Below are positions 11,050 through 24,800 of a DNA stretch of 64,000 nt, one piece after another. Below the pieces are notes generated by a model. The model ran no database searches. It was not told where the DNA came from and saw only the letters and a program-made list of their open reading frames with translations. The stretch's first letter is position 1, and each line of letters starts with the position of its first letter. Both the position numbers and the translations under genes were made by a program. Source of the stretch: Saccostrea echinata (Eukaryota); the NCBI RefSeq assembly GCF_033153115.1, contig NW_026889833.1, forward strand, positions 806,001 through 870,000. Reading direction: 5' to 3'.

Positions 11050-11865
11050 GAGACTTGCTGATCTGTTTTTATATTCTTATGAAGCAGAATTAATTCAAAA
11101 ACTTCTACACCAGAAGAGGAAAACACTAGCTGTGGCCTTCAATTCGACATTCAGATATATCGACGATGTTTTATCAATTAACAATAGTTATTTTCATTCA
11201 TATGTCGACTCGATATATTATCCCAATGAACTTGAAATAAAAGACACCACAGAGTCTGCCACATCTATTTCATGTTTAGATGTTTTACTGACTATAGACG
11301 ATAAAGGCCAATTAACAACTAAATTGTATGACAAACGAAATGACTTTCATTGTTTCATTTTCATTGTTAATTTTCCTTATTTTGTGTAGTAATATTCCAC
11401 TTTCACTCGCTGATGGTGTTTATATCTCCCAACTTATTCGCTACTCATGAGGTTGCTCTGAGTACGATCAATTTTTAAAGCGAGGCAGGCTACTCACTGA
11501 TAAATTGATGTTACAGTGATTTCAACAGCAGCCTCGTTTAAAGTCAGCATTTCGTAAATTTTATGGCCGTTATAATGACCTTGTTAGCAAATATAACCCA
11601 TCACTGGTCGTTTTTTTGGCTGACTTGTTTCATACCAATTGTTAGGCCTTTTTTTTTTTTTACTGAATTGACTATTGATAGTTCCGTCTACCTGATCTAT
11701 ACAGGGCTCAAGGCGGGTGTTACCGGTCAACAGGGGATGTTTACTCTTCCTAGGCAACAAACCCATCTCTTGAATTCCCAGGGGTCCGTGTTTTATGCCC
11801 TTTTTACATATTTGTTTTGTTTATGGATTTTTTGAGATCGATCACTGTTTGTTGTCTTTACTTTT
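11050..11865 (+). mobile_element. Penelope-like retroelement, 5'-truncated RT with 3' UTR
   Basis: ORF 11036-11389 has LADLFLYSYEAE...FRYIDDVLSINN...YPNELEIKDTT...LYDKRNDF, a PLE RT with YIDD active site. It continues with frameshifts to FHTNC* with no GIY-YIG endonuclease, then the conserved stem-loop. Confidence 0.9.
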
Positions 11866-12816
11866 TACATACAAACGTACTGGAATTTAAATCTATCATC
11901 TACGTATTTGACGTGCGAAACATATATAGAAGTTCAGCAGTTTTCCATATTTGCCTTAAAATTCTTGGACTATTTAATAAATCATTGGTTCAGGAATTTT
12001 TGACGCACGTCATGCAGTGGCTTAGGTCACGAACTTATTACATGCATGATTTCCCACTTACCTTTATTAATTTTTTTTTTGAATTCTGACGAATTATGTG
12101 GCAGAACTACTAGTACATGTACATGTATGTATGACTTTACATTTTACAGCACATGAACATCACAACTACAGAGTATGACCTCATAATTCATTGAGAGCAA
12201 AGTAAGCATAAATTGGAAAGTGATTTGTTTTTTCTTCAAATTTTACATTTTTCAAATATAAAACAATAAAATGAATTTACTACTTTTCACGTGAATTTTT
12301 CAAATTTATAGCAGAAAAATTTGGAGCAAAACTTTTAAAATACAAAAAATCCATAGTAATTTTGTGCTGTTGTTTTTATACCATGTGCAGTAATTCTTAA
12401 TTTGATAGATTGCATCCCAAGCCGACTTGGCGATGTGAAGTGCTTAACCCTGAATTGCGGTCAACTCTTCTATATAATCTCTATTACGGCGTCTCTTCAT
12501 CAACTTGTAAATGCATTAGCTAAGGATCTTTTCCCAATAGACGAGATGGGATCAAATTTGGTCGTTGTCAGTCCAAATAACTAATCTCTCAAGCCGATCG
12601 TAATATAGCTGATATGCAGAAATTCTACCCTCTCTAGTATGCAAACTTTCCTCTGCATCACAGTCAGTCTGGTGCTATTGATTGTGGCATTTTTATTATA
12701 AGAATCCCTATTGCCTTTGGTCTCACATTCAGAACTGTCCAAGCCGCAAGTGGGTCAAGTCCAATTCGGATAGTTCCGACACTTTTTTTTTTAAGACACC
12801 TAAGATACTTGTGGCA

Positions 12817-15800
12817 ATGGTGTATCGAGCGTTGTTGGGACTATTATTCATACTAGGACTAACAAAATCAGCATTCTGTTGCTCCTGTTACATGCCTCGT
12901 TATCAAAACTCCTTCTGCAATGCTGAATTTGGTGAGTATTATGTTTATATTTTTTTTTGTCTTTCATTCATGCAAAAGGAGGAGAAAATGGGTAAGTGAT
13001 GTTCGGCATGCATTTCTGAAAAAAAGTCACATGTTCAATAGTCTATAAATGAAAAAAAAAACGGCAACAAAGCTGGAAAACAATTAAGTTTTAATGAAAA
13101 TAATACCTCATTAACACGAAAAACTGCAGTTATATCTGGATTTACATAATATGAATTTATGAAATATTTTACAACGTATGAAGGGCAAGATATAAATAAG
13201 TTAAATTTGTGAAAGACAAACTGGTGTAATTACAAAATAATTATGATGATGATGATAAAAATAATAAAAATAAAAATCAATGAGAGTTAAATTATTATTA
13301 TTATTTTTTTTTTTTTTTTGTTATTAATATATTTTTTTAAATGTGAAAATACCTTACATGTACCATGAAGGAAAGCATTACTATCTATCTATAGCAATAA
13401 CTGCAAACGTCACTGCCGCGGAACTTTACTTCCGGGATGGCAGAAGTCTGGATTCTTATGTCAGGGAAAGTATCATCCCTAACAGAATGGATCGTCAAGA
13501 GTACAACTACTCCATTGATATACTTGAAATCTTTAAGGTAGGTCTGTTGTGTTCACTGTTGCTTTAATTATTGCCCAGCATCAAACATTTAAAAAATGCA
13601 TTTCTTTTCAGGTGACGTTATAATTACTATATCTCTTTTTCAAATGTATATAAATGTGTCGTGTCGTTACCTATAACCACGGTACATTGAAATCTACAGG
13701 GTCAATATTTTTGCCATAAGAAATAATCTCCAGATCGGTTGTTACAGAGAGTATGACTTAGTGAATGACATAGTAGTGTACTATCATTTCCCTTCAAATC
13801 ATGTGTTCGGGTTTATCGCAGTCGTCATTACTGTTCGTCAAAGCAAATTCTGTTGCTGCAACATCGATAAATATAATTTTCCGAAATTTGCGTCCTGTAA
13901 ACCCAAATTACAAGGGATTACACACACATACACACGCAAAACACGCACACTCTATCTGCATTCAAAGAAACATCAAATTATGAAAGATGTCTAGTCTTTG
14001 AGTAGCTAGTCAGGTTACCAATAATTTTTATGCAAAAAGTACAGTTATTTCCAGGAAGGAAGAGAGACACAAAAATGACATATATAGTGTCATTTTATTA
14101 CAATTATAAGGTGTAGTTGTACAACAATACGTGTAATTAAACAACAGAGGTACTAGTATATTTGAATATTCAGAAATCGTCCCAAACTAATCATGATAGA
14201 TATACACAAGACAATCTTTCTAAACAATATAACATTTTTACATTTTATCAACTTTACTGATGAATGTCTTATGTTCTTAATTTTTTCCCTTACAATCTTG
14301 TATTATTGGCGGTACAGGGGGCGTTTTTCAATACAACAGCTTTGTAGATGATGTCTTTAATAATCAGTTATATCTTTTATGTTGTTAACAATATAACTGC
14401 TCAATTTCTTTAATTTTTAACACTATTACAGTTAAATATCTTATGTTCTTAACATTTTAACAGCATGTTATCTCATGTCCTCAACAGATAACGTCTTTAT
14501 AATCTAATTTCTTTTAAAGTTTATGGATTAAACACAATTATAACAGCTCAAGTTTCTTTAATTTAATACATGTACATATAAGGTCATCAGATACTACATA
14601 CATTTATGTATTTCTGCTATCATTGATGTTCATTCTATAAAATTTGAAAATCAAAATTAAAACACATTGGTAAAAAGCAAGTTTGATCTTTCAATTTCTC
14701 TTCTTTGTTTAGAGGACATCATTATAAATTATATACCTCCTAATTAGATGAAGTGAGGTGTACAGATACAAACAATACAACATTAAATCAAAATACAGTT
14801 ATTAAAAATGATTTTGATATTTTTCACCACGGTATGAAAAAATATATTTTAACAAGTCTCTATATTCTTCCGAGTCGACATATTACACTAATATTTATAA
14901 AACACATGGGTAAAGGAATATACATGTACTTTTTAAATTGTAAAAATATTAAATGTACATAATCAGATATCTATAGAGAGAGCTTCTTCCTTGAAGTGGA
15001 CATTTCTCAGAACTGATTCTGATACAAAATAAAAAAAAAACGGATAAAAGTGTATTTGTTTTTGAATACAAATACCCCGAGCCTTGAGGATTAATATAAC
15101 CTTAAAAATAACACATAAGAGATATCCGGATGGAATAGTGCTTATTTTACTTCATTTGTGGGGAAAACTTAGTGTATTGTGTCAATTACAATCAAAAACT
15201 CTTATTTCACGTGATTTCACGTCAACAGCCTTGATTCCTCTTACCAATAACAAATATTGTCGTATCTGAGCAACAAGGGTTTTAGATTTCCAATCTATGT
15301 GACCTTGATTTTGACAAAATGACTTTTCTCTTCTCTTCTTCGGTGGGCATTCCTTTTTATAATATTTTAATGGTTTTGGTGTAAATTATATATAGTTTGG
15401 TGGTTAGAGCACCACAGTTATACCTTATGCAGAGTTTGATCAAAAAACGTATTTAACAATGTCTCATTTTCGAATTCTTTCAGAAATATTTTTAACTCTG
15501 AGGTAATGGACTAAACAAAAATGGAATTGATATGACATTAAAAGCAATATAGACGCTTAATATAAAGATATTAGTGTAATCTTGTGTGGTCTACTTGAGT
15601 TTTCCAAATGAAGGTAATTTTAAAAATCACAAATGGAAGGAACCAACAGCAGAGGTAAAGAATCAGTAAAATACTACAGTATACATCTAGATAGACTGTA
15701 TGCTCTCTTCCTATAATTACAACACTCAAAGCTGTACTGCATCAATAGGAAGCCATTCTTATCATAACCATTGCAACTTTTAAGTGTTGCACGAAGGCTT

Positions 15801-18800
15801 TTGTATTATAAATATTAAACATGTATATAATCTGTGGACAACAAAATGGAACACGTTTTCATAAACTAGGTCCTAGTTTAAACATGTTAACAATGCTATT
15901 TTTGAATAACATTTGAAAATGTTTATCAAATTTAAACATTTGAAAATTTTTAAATTCAGACAGTGTATATAATGTACATAGCTGACAGTCTGCTAAAATC
16001 AAGAATGCCAGTCCGCCTCAGATATCATAATGAACAGTTACTATAAGGACTCCTTGTGAGTCTTACCAAATTAATGACGGCCAAAAGTACAGGGAGAGGC
16101 GCAGTGAGCAAAGGTTTGTAAAACGGAGCGAACCTCGAACAGAGACTGAACACTGAGAGCAAACTGAGCGGACCTCGACCAGAGTGCAAAACAGTTCTCT
16201 TTCCTGAATACCTAAACAAATGTAATCTTAGAGGATACCGTTGCTTTTTTTTTAACTTTAATACATTGTACTTTGCTAAGTATCGATTTGATATCCAAAT
16301 GCCGCAAATATAAACATCCCAATACAACCGTTGAAAAGGCTATGGATATGTGAAAAGAAAGGCAATTCAAGCACTTCGTACAACAATCCGAAAATCCATG
16401 TCATTCCCGTAGCCGTCGACAGCTTAAAATAGATTTTCAAAATTTGTGTATCTTGAGAATTTGAAAAAGACATTTTCTTTTTGATACAGAAAATAGTTAC
16501 AAAGACAAGGACAGTGTTCAGAAAGACCATTAGAGATATTGGGAGGATTAATGTAAAGAACTTAAGTATGCCATTTTCGATAAAACAGGTAGTTTTTGAA
16601 TACCCAAGACACGATCCCCCAGATATTCCGTAACTTAATCGAATGTGAATTGCCACAACAACTAAGCCAAACGTTACATTTGCTACAAAATAGGTTAGGA
16701 AATTGTTGGACCGTCGACTTTTAAAGACACGAAAAGTGGTAAGAAACAGGTCAAAACATAAAGTGGTCATGAAACTTAATACTAACAGCCAAAGATAATG
16801 CGAGGCAATTCCAAGAACCATACAAACTGGATAAAGGTAAGTAAAAAATCTTGAAGCTGTATAAAATGTATTAGCCAGGAAAAGCGTGAAAGACAATGTC
16901 ATTTTTATATTCAGTGGAGTGGGTAAGGTACTGGCAGTGTTCAGAGACACCAAAGATTTTGTGACAGTAAGAAGACAGCCAATAGATGACACAGACAGAC
17001 AAATGACAGAAAAATAGGTTTCTGGCGAATCCTCACCAGTGGTCCTCCTTACATAGTCATTAATTATCCTTTTATAATCATCTAAACATAAAGCTATAGC
17101 AGTGTCTTCTTGTTCAAATTTTGCAATGTGGCTTTCAAAACAAACGTCGTATTCCGTGATGCAAATCTCGAAATCGCAATGATTAAGATGATAGCTAGCT
17201 GGTAGGTAAATCTTCGGACAATGTTGCCAGTACGTTACATTGTTTTCAACAGGAGGGGGTCTCTTCCTACGGAGAAAGTATTTCTTACGCCCAGGTTTAC
17301 TAGACAGTGTTTTGAAAGCGTTACTATCAAAACTATTTAGTTTGATTTGTAAATGCTTCGATACAAGACTATCATTTACGGTGAAGTTTTTTGTAAACAT
17401 CAACAAGAAGTTTGCCATGGCAAATATGTTTGTTACCCTGTCAGGAAGATAGCTTGCGACGAACGGATAGCACACTTTGTTAAACCTCGTGAGAAATGGT
17501 GAATAAAATAGGATGTTAATTTCCCTGGGAGAGAATCTGGGCTCATTTAAAAGTTCTTCTACCAGCTGTTTCTTTATCTTATCCAACAAAACAAAAGTTA
17601 GTGATCTTGTAGTACATACTGATGCGCGTATAATATAAGGTCCAGAGAAGTCATTGGAAATTCGACGATGACATTTTGGACCTGTTTGATCATATTCAGA
17701 ATCACAAATAATTGACAGGCATCTTTTCTGAAATGAAAAAAATATACAATTTCTCAGAAAAAGGGGACGGTTTAGTATTTTCTTACAAAGGAAAAATACT
17801 TTGCATTTTTTTTTAGAATTTCAAATTTATTACCTCAACAACCAAAAGAAACAACTTTTAAATGAAATAAACGCGTTATAATGAGATAGATTAAGAGTTA
17901 CAAATAAACATCCTGTTATACGTTTAGTCATTTTTGTTTCTCATAAAACAGAGTAATAATATTGATAGTTGATCATTTTTTCAAAAAAGTGTTGCAATGT
18001 TACACAATACCTCATTATATTGGAATCAGGAGCAGCTATAAATTACAGTTAAATTCTGGATTCTCGAACGCAGTAAGAATGACAAAAATTTCGAGATAAT
18101 CAAGTGTTCGATATAAGGAAACCTTATCTCAAATTCAGTCTGTAAAAGGACCTTTAAATCACTTTTCAAATCTTTGATTAACTTAATATTTTTGCTTTAT
18201 ATCCCTATCATATTTAAAAACAATGAAATTATACCTATAAAAAATGTATCATTATTCATGGTCCTTCAGTTCAAACTATATTTTGGGATTGTTTTAGAAA
18301 GTATCATTCCCTTAGTTCTAATTATTTTTAAGTATGAGATGATTTTGCATTTTTATTATTTGAATGTTCGGAATAACTAAGGTTAGCTATAAATATACTT
18401 TCGTATTAAAAAGGTGCCTGAATATGATTAATTTTTACTTCCTTTTCCAAGTGTGTCAGAACCAGAATATCGAGTCTAATTTAGAGGATGTTGATATCAG
18501 ATTTTTGAATTCCTTTAGATAAATTAAAAAACAGAATTACAAATTTAATGTTCACAATGAATAAATTTGCTAAAACTTAATACTATCCATGATTCTATGA
18601 TATACTGAGTATATAGATAGAACAAGATGTGTTTGTGAAACACTGATGCCCCCGTATGGCAGCTTATGGCGAAGGTTAAAGTTTCTCAAATGCAAGTCAA
18701 AATCCAGGCCTAAAGATAAAAAAAAATGTTAAATTTGAAAGCCCTAGCTGCAACTGTTCAAAGGTTATGGCGAAGGTTAAAGTTTTTTTAAGGTAAGTAA

Positions 18801-21800
18801 AACATCAAGGTCAAGGTCAAAGTTGTTGGTATCCAAAGGAAGGCCTTGTCACAAGGATTACATATGTAAAGTATGAAAGCCCTAGCACCAACCATTCAAA
18901 AGTTATGGCCAAGGTTAAACTTTTTCGAAAGTAGGTCAAAATCCTATGTCAAGGTCAAAGGGTCAAAATGGTTGGTATCCATAGGAAGGTCTTGTCACAA
19001 GGATTACATATGTGAAGTATGAAAGCCCTAGCACCAACCATTCAAAAATTATGGCCAAGGTTAAAGTTTTTCAAAAGTAGGTCAAACCCCAAGGTCAAAG
19101 GGTCAAAGTGGTTGGTATTCAAAAGAAACTGATGTCACAAGGATTACACATGTGAAGTATGAAAGCATTAGTATGAACCATTCAAAAGTTATGTCGAAGG
19201 TTAAAGTTTTTCAAAAGTAGGTCAAACTCCAAGGTCAAAAGGTCAAAGTTGTTGGTATCCAAAGGAAGGCCTTGTCACAAAGAATACACGTGTGAAGTTT
19301 GAAACCCCAAGCACCAACTGTTCAGAGGTTATGGCCAAGGTTATAGTCTCATAGAATTTTGCAAAAGTGGGTCAAACTCCAAGGTCAAGGTCAAAAGGTC
19401 AAATATGATGGTACCCAAAGAAAGGTCTTGTCACAAAAAATACACATGTGAAATATGAAAGTCATAGCTACAACCAATCAAAAGTTATGGGCAAGGTTAA
19501 AGTTGACAACAGACAGACAGACAAACAGACAAACAGATAAACAGACAAACAGACAGATAGGACAAAAACAATATACCCCCGGGATCTTTCGATCCGGGGG
19601 CATAAAAACGCTGCCAAGAACTTAACAAATGTGCTGCAAACAATTTGTCCTATTGGGGAAAAAAACTCAATATACATTTTTATAATAAAATTCCATTGCA
19701 ACAGATTTTTGCATATTCTTATTTATATTACATTAACTTAATAAGTTTTGAAACGTTTTTTTTACTTCCAATGCATATTAGAAGCCTTTGACAGAAAGAA
19801 CTACATTTCGACTAAAGAAAACATATACTTACGCTAAAAAGTAGTAAATATTACTGTATATATATACACGGAAATTTTTCACCCCGTTTTATTTTCGCCC
19901 CTTTTGCCCAACTATACTAAAGGGGACAAAATTATTTGCAAGTGCGAAAGGGAGAAAATAACCCTGTATACAGTATACATTTTTATTAGAATTCGATCGT
20001 TTAGATAACTATACATGTACGTTGTAGTGAAATTGGCAATGCTTTCAATCTCTAACATTGAACACAGTGTAAAGTGTACTCACCAGGACCGGGCTATATA
20101 CCATCTCAGATGGACAAAGGCTTTCAACGCTATAATCATGATACGTCTTCTGTTCCGAATAGCTTAGCAATGAAGGGAATAACCCAAGGGTTTGTCGGTA
20201 AAAATCGGAGATATATTGGGATTTTTCTACTGAAGGGCCGCCAATTATCGAGATTGGCAGTGTATATTCCGGAGAAAATGTATTGCACATCGCGCAGTAT
20301 ACGTTTTTGTATGCCTTTAAATTAAATAAATAGATAAGTAACTGTGGCATTGTTTCGCATGCCCATTTTAATCTGCCATCAAAATGATCCCATTGGCCTG
20401 TTTCATTACATTTGGAAATAGATGGTAATGTACATGTCAAGTTTTCTTCCAAAAATGAAGGAGGGTTAAAACGTATGATAAATTTTTGTTTATACGATGC
20501 AAGAATGAAATTGGTTTGTAGTCTATTCAATTCTAAATAATTGTTTGTCACTATAACCCTTCTCCATAGATAAAGGTTTTCCCGTTTTTCACCGAAACAC
20601 TCTGCACAATAAATATTTTGGTAACTATCATTTGTTTTAATTGAAAATACCGGTATATGCAGCTCCTCGCTTTCAAGCATTTCTCTGGGTAAAAATTTCC
20701 TGCACCTTCGCCATAAATTATTTGGAGGATATTCCTTTGGACATCTTGCCACTATCCAGTACCTTTCTTCAAGCACTATTTCTAATGGTTTTCCTGTTTT
20801 ATCATCATGAATGGCACCCAATGACGTTTTCATACAAGAAAGAGATGCTTCACTGATCTGGATAGGAGCGTTGGTATTTTTAATATCGTGAAGAGTTATG
20901 TTTTTTTGAGCTATGTATTTGGATACACAACATTCAGATTTCTTTTCACAGTCATTTGCACAACTACACTGAGGACAAAGAGGGGTCTTCCCATCAAATG
21001 GAAAAGAATAATTTTGGTAAAATGCACCATGGTCGTAACACAGTAGTTTATTTGGACAAAATGTCAGATAGCTACTGATGAGGAATTTTGTGAAGTCATT
21101 CTGAATGACTTGAGTATAATTTAAAACTCTTGTTCTGTGCGCGAAAAAGGATATTGTTTCCGGATCGGATTGGTTCTTCCTTTTTTCAATGAACTCACGC
21201 GTGTGTGCGGGTATGATAGAGGAAACATTCAAAGTTCTGCATCCATGCCAGAATATGCATACCTGTCGGAAAAATAAAGTAATCTGAATTCTTGAAAGAT
21301 AAATTATTGTTTTTACAAATAAGAAAAATCAATGTCGAGGATATTTCTTTTCAACCCTGTGATAAAATATCTGCATTGCATACAGGATAAATTTCTCTAG
21401 ATCTGTGGTTTCATTTGAGATAGCGCCTTGATAGTTTAAAATCCGAAATTTATTGTAAATGCAGCAGAGTAGTCGAAATTAATCAAATAATATTATGTAA
21501 AGAGTGCAGCGAGTTGAAAACGGAAAGTAAGCAAAAAAATGTTATTGAAGTTGACAATGTGAATAATTTCTTGTTGTTCATGATACTGATATTTTCTAAT
21601 ATAGATAAAGAAATGTTGCTAAATTTTAAAATGTTTACAAAGTTTCAATATATATTTCATTTTGCCTTATACAAGAGCAATAAATTATCATTGAAATCAA
21701 TTATTATATATATTTAATATACATACCAGAAGAGTTGTCCCAAATAAATTTGTAATTTTCATGATTGTTAAACAATCTGAGATAAAAGTTCTGATTCTTA

Positions 21801-24800
21801 AAGATATAATAATAGCCATCATTAAATAGAGGTACTTATTAGGTTATAGGAACATTGTGTATAATTCCTAGCTGGAAACATCGTGTTGAATTCGATACTT
21901 ATGATAAAACAATAATATGATACCAATGTATCCAACTGTTTGAGCACTTCTCGTACGTAATTTCAAAGCTCTCTGAAACTGAGAAGGCCTTCAGATCTAG
22001 GGTTTCACAAAAACACGTCATTTTATATTTCAAAATACAGAAAAAGTAAGAAATAGGAAATAACCTGTAGAGAAACGGAAGTTTAATAAGAAAATAACAG
22101 TGATCACACAAACAGAATGCCGGATAGTGAGAGTATCTATTGATTTTACAGACATTGTCAGCTCTAGGTGCGCCGCTACATCTGAACTGATGCTAAAGAA
22201 CTACAGCAATGCATTGGGGGGGGGGGGGGGGGGGCGTTTCCGTCATTTCAATAAACTAAGGAACAATATACTTTTCCATGTGTACCATAAATTTATGACA
22301 TCTATGTTTCTGTAGGAGAGAATTAAAGTTAAGAAAATTTGATCACATTCCAGTACACTGCATGTATCAACAAGTCATATTTCAAACCTGTGCATATAAA
22401 ACATTATAAACTTAATTTTGATCAAATCACATGGCAACAAAATTGGAGGAAAGGCTGTTAACAACACAATTTTAAGAATTTTTTCTTGTGTTACCGAAAC
22501 TCTGAGTAAAAAAATAGTTTTTCACAAATTTTTATTATCATATACAGATTTTCAATTGCAATTTTCAAGTTTTTCTCCGCCTTCTTTCACCAGACAATAA
22601 AGTATTGTATTTTAAGAATAGGGTTCAATTGTGTAATTACTCAATTTTTGTCTGTGAATTTATTAGTTATTGTTAGTTTTATTTACGTTTAAATTTTCAT
22701 TATTTTATGACATTGAGTTCCTACAAACCTACGCTTGTCTACGGAATTTAGGGACAACCCTCGTACAACGTATGCATATGGAAATATCTAAAGTATTTTT
22801 TCTGTATACATTGTAATTTTCATATACAGTTGTCCTCAAATAGAGAGCAAACAAACATTCTAAACATATGATGAAAATGTTAAATTAAAACAATTCTGTA
22901 GAATCAGAATTTTTTTAACAAAGTAAGTTTTCAAATGACCTATGACATGGTATGCAAGTTTACGTGTTCCATTTATATTGAAGAAGCAGTTGTCTATGTA
23001 TGTTGCCAAATAGGCTGAACTTTAATTTATCGTGAGGAAGTATTGTGAAGTGCTGAAAAGTCGTACGTTTTGGTGCTATTGATTTTAGAAAAAAAAAAAA
23101 TGTTATTTCATATTTTAACACGTTGAATATGCTGTTGTACAATACTCCTGAATTTTCTCCTTCACTACCGTTAATATTTTTGGAAGGAATAAAAAAAAAA
23201 AGAGGTTCGGTAGAGCATTTACTAGAACACGCTATATATGTTTGAAAAGATTTTTCGAAGTTTTGGAATCTAGTATAGGTATGATAATTTCAGTTAGGTT
23301 GTTGAAAATATTAAGAATAGTTTACACTGACATATGGTTTTGAAGATTTTCATCTTTAGAAAGGAAACTATGAATATAAGTTGGATTATCATTTGTAAAC
23401 TTATATAATATATCGGACTTCCTCTAAAATGCAATTGTAATAATAAACCTTACAAACAAAATCTTTGTTGTTACCTGCTTTATCAGCTGGAACAATTACA
23501 TACTGACTATTTAATCTATGGAATTCTTTAGTCACTTTTGAATTATTAAAGTCAGAAGGATAGACTGTTTTCATAACACTGTTTCCGTGTAAAACGAGAT
23601 CTCAACATCCGCCTTATACATTTAATCAATTTTGACAAAGTGTCTTCTTTTTCAGATTTGACCATTATCTCTGACAATGGTGCATCAAATCATGCTTATT
23701 TACAGCTATTTTTATGTAGATTGTGCCATAAAAAACATCAACAACTAACCTTTTTCATTGTCCTTGACCATTGGTAAGTGATAAAAAAAGGTGAAGATAT
23801 CGAACAATGATCAATCTCGAAGAAACCTACAAACTATTCCAATCTGTAAACAGGGCATAAAACGTAGACGCCGGGAAATTTCATAGGTGGGATCAGGTTC
23901 CTATGAGGAGTAAGGATCCCCTGTCGACCGGTCACACCCATTGTGAGCCCTATGTATTGATCCGGTAGATGGAATATTTCGTAGTCAATTTTCATATAAA
24001 AACAAAGGCCTAACAATTTGTACGAGATATGTCAGACAAAATACCAACCAAAAATAGATTTTTTTGCTAACAAGTTCATTAAAACATCCATCATAGAATT
24101 TACGAAATGCTGACTTTAAACGATTTTTTTTAAATTCCTGTAACATCAACTTATCTGGCAGTAGCATGCCTCGGTTCAAAAAATTGATCGTACTCAGAGC
24201 ATACTCCTGAGTAATAAATAAACACCATATGCAGTTGATAACAGAATATTACTACATACATATTAATAAGGAAAGGTAACGATTGAAAATGTGGAACCAA
24301 CATTACGACCCATCGGGCTATTGCAATAAATAATTTATCAATTACAAGAACTGAATACTTTTTATTAATTTGTTAATAGGCCATACATATAATTCCTTAG
24401 ATAGTACGTTTGTAATTTAAGTTGAGCATTCTGGCCAAGGGATGTTGTCTCTTTGTTTGGTTTTTAGAAATTTTGGATCTCTAAAACAATATTTGATTTA
24501 TATATGCTTTATACATTAAATGTCTGGATCTGTAATGACAATAGCTTACGTTGCTTTATTGTTTTGTAGAGGTCTGCATCTTTTGAGGTGGCAGACAAAG
24601 ATTATGTGACATCTGATGCTTTTGACGGGTCCTGTGGTATTGAACTGTCTTTGGGAACTGTATACTATATGACAGGTAAGAACCACGTTGATGAAAGGAG
24701 TTAACTTGTCCTGCCATGGTTTGGATGATTTCTTGTTCTGTAAATTTTATCATCTTTAAATTTTGGACAAAAAGTGGATAGAGTGTAGATTTTATTTTAA

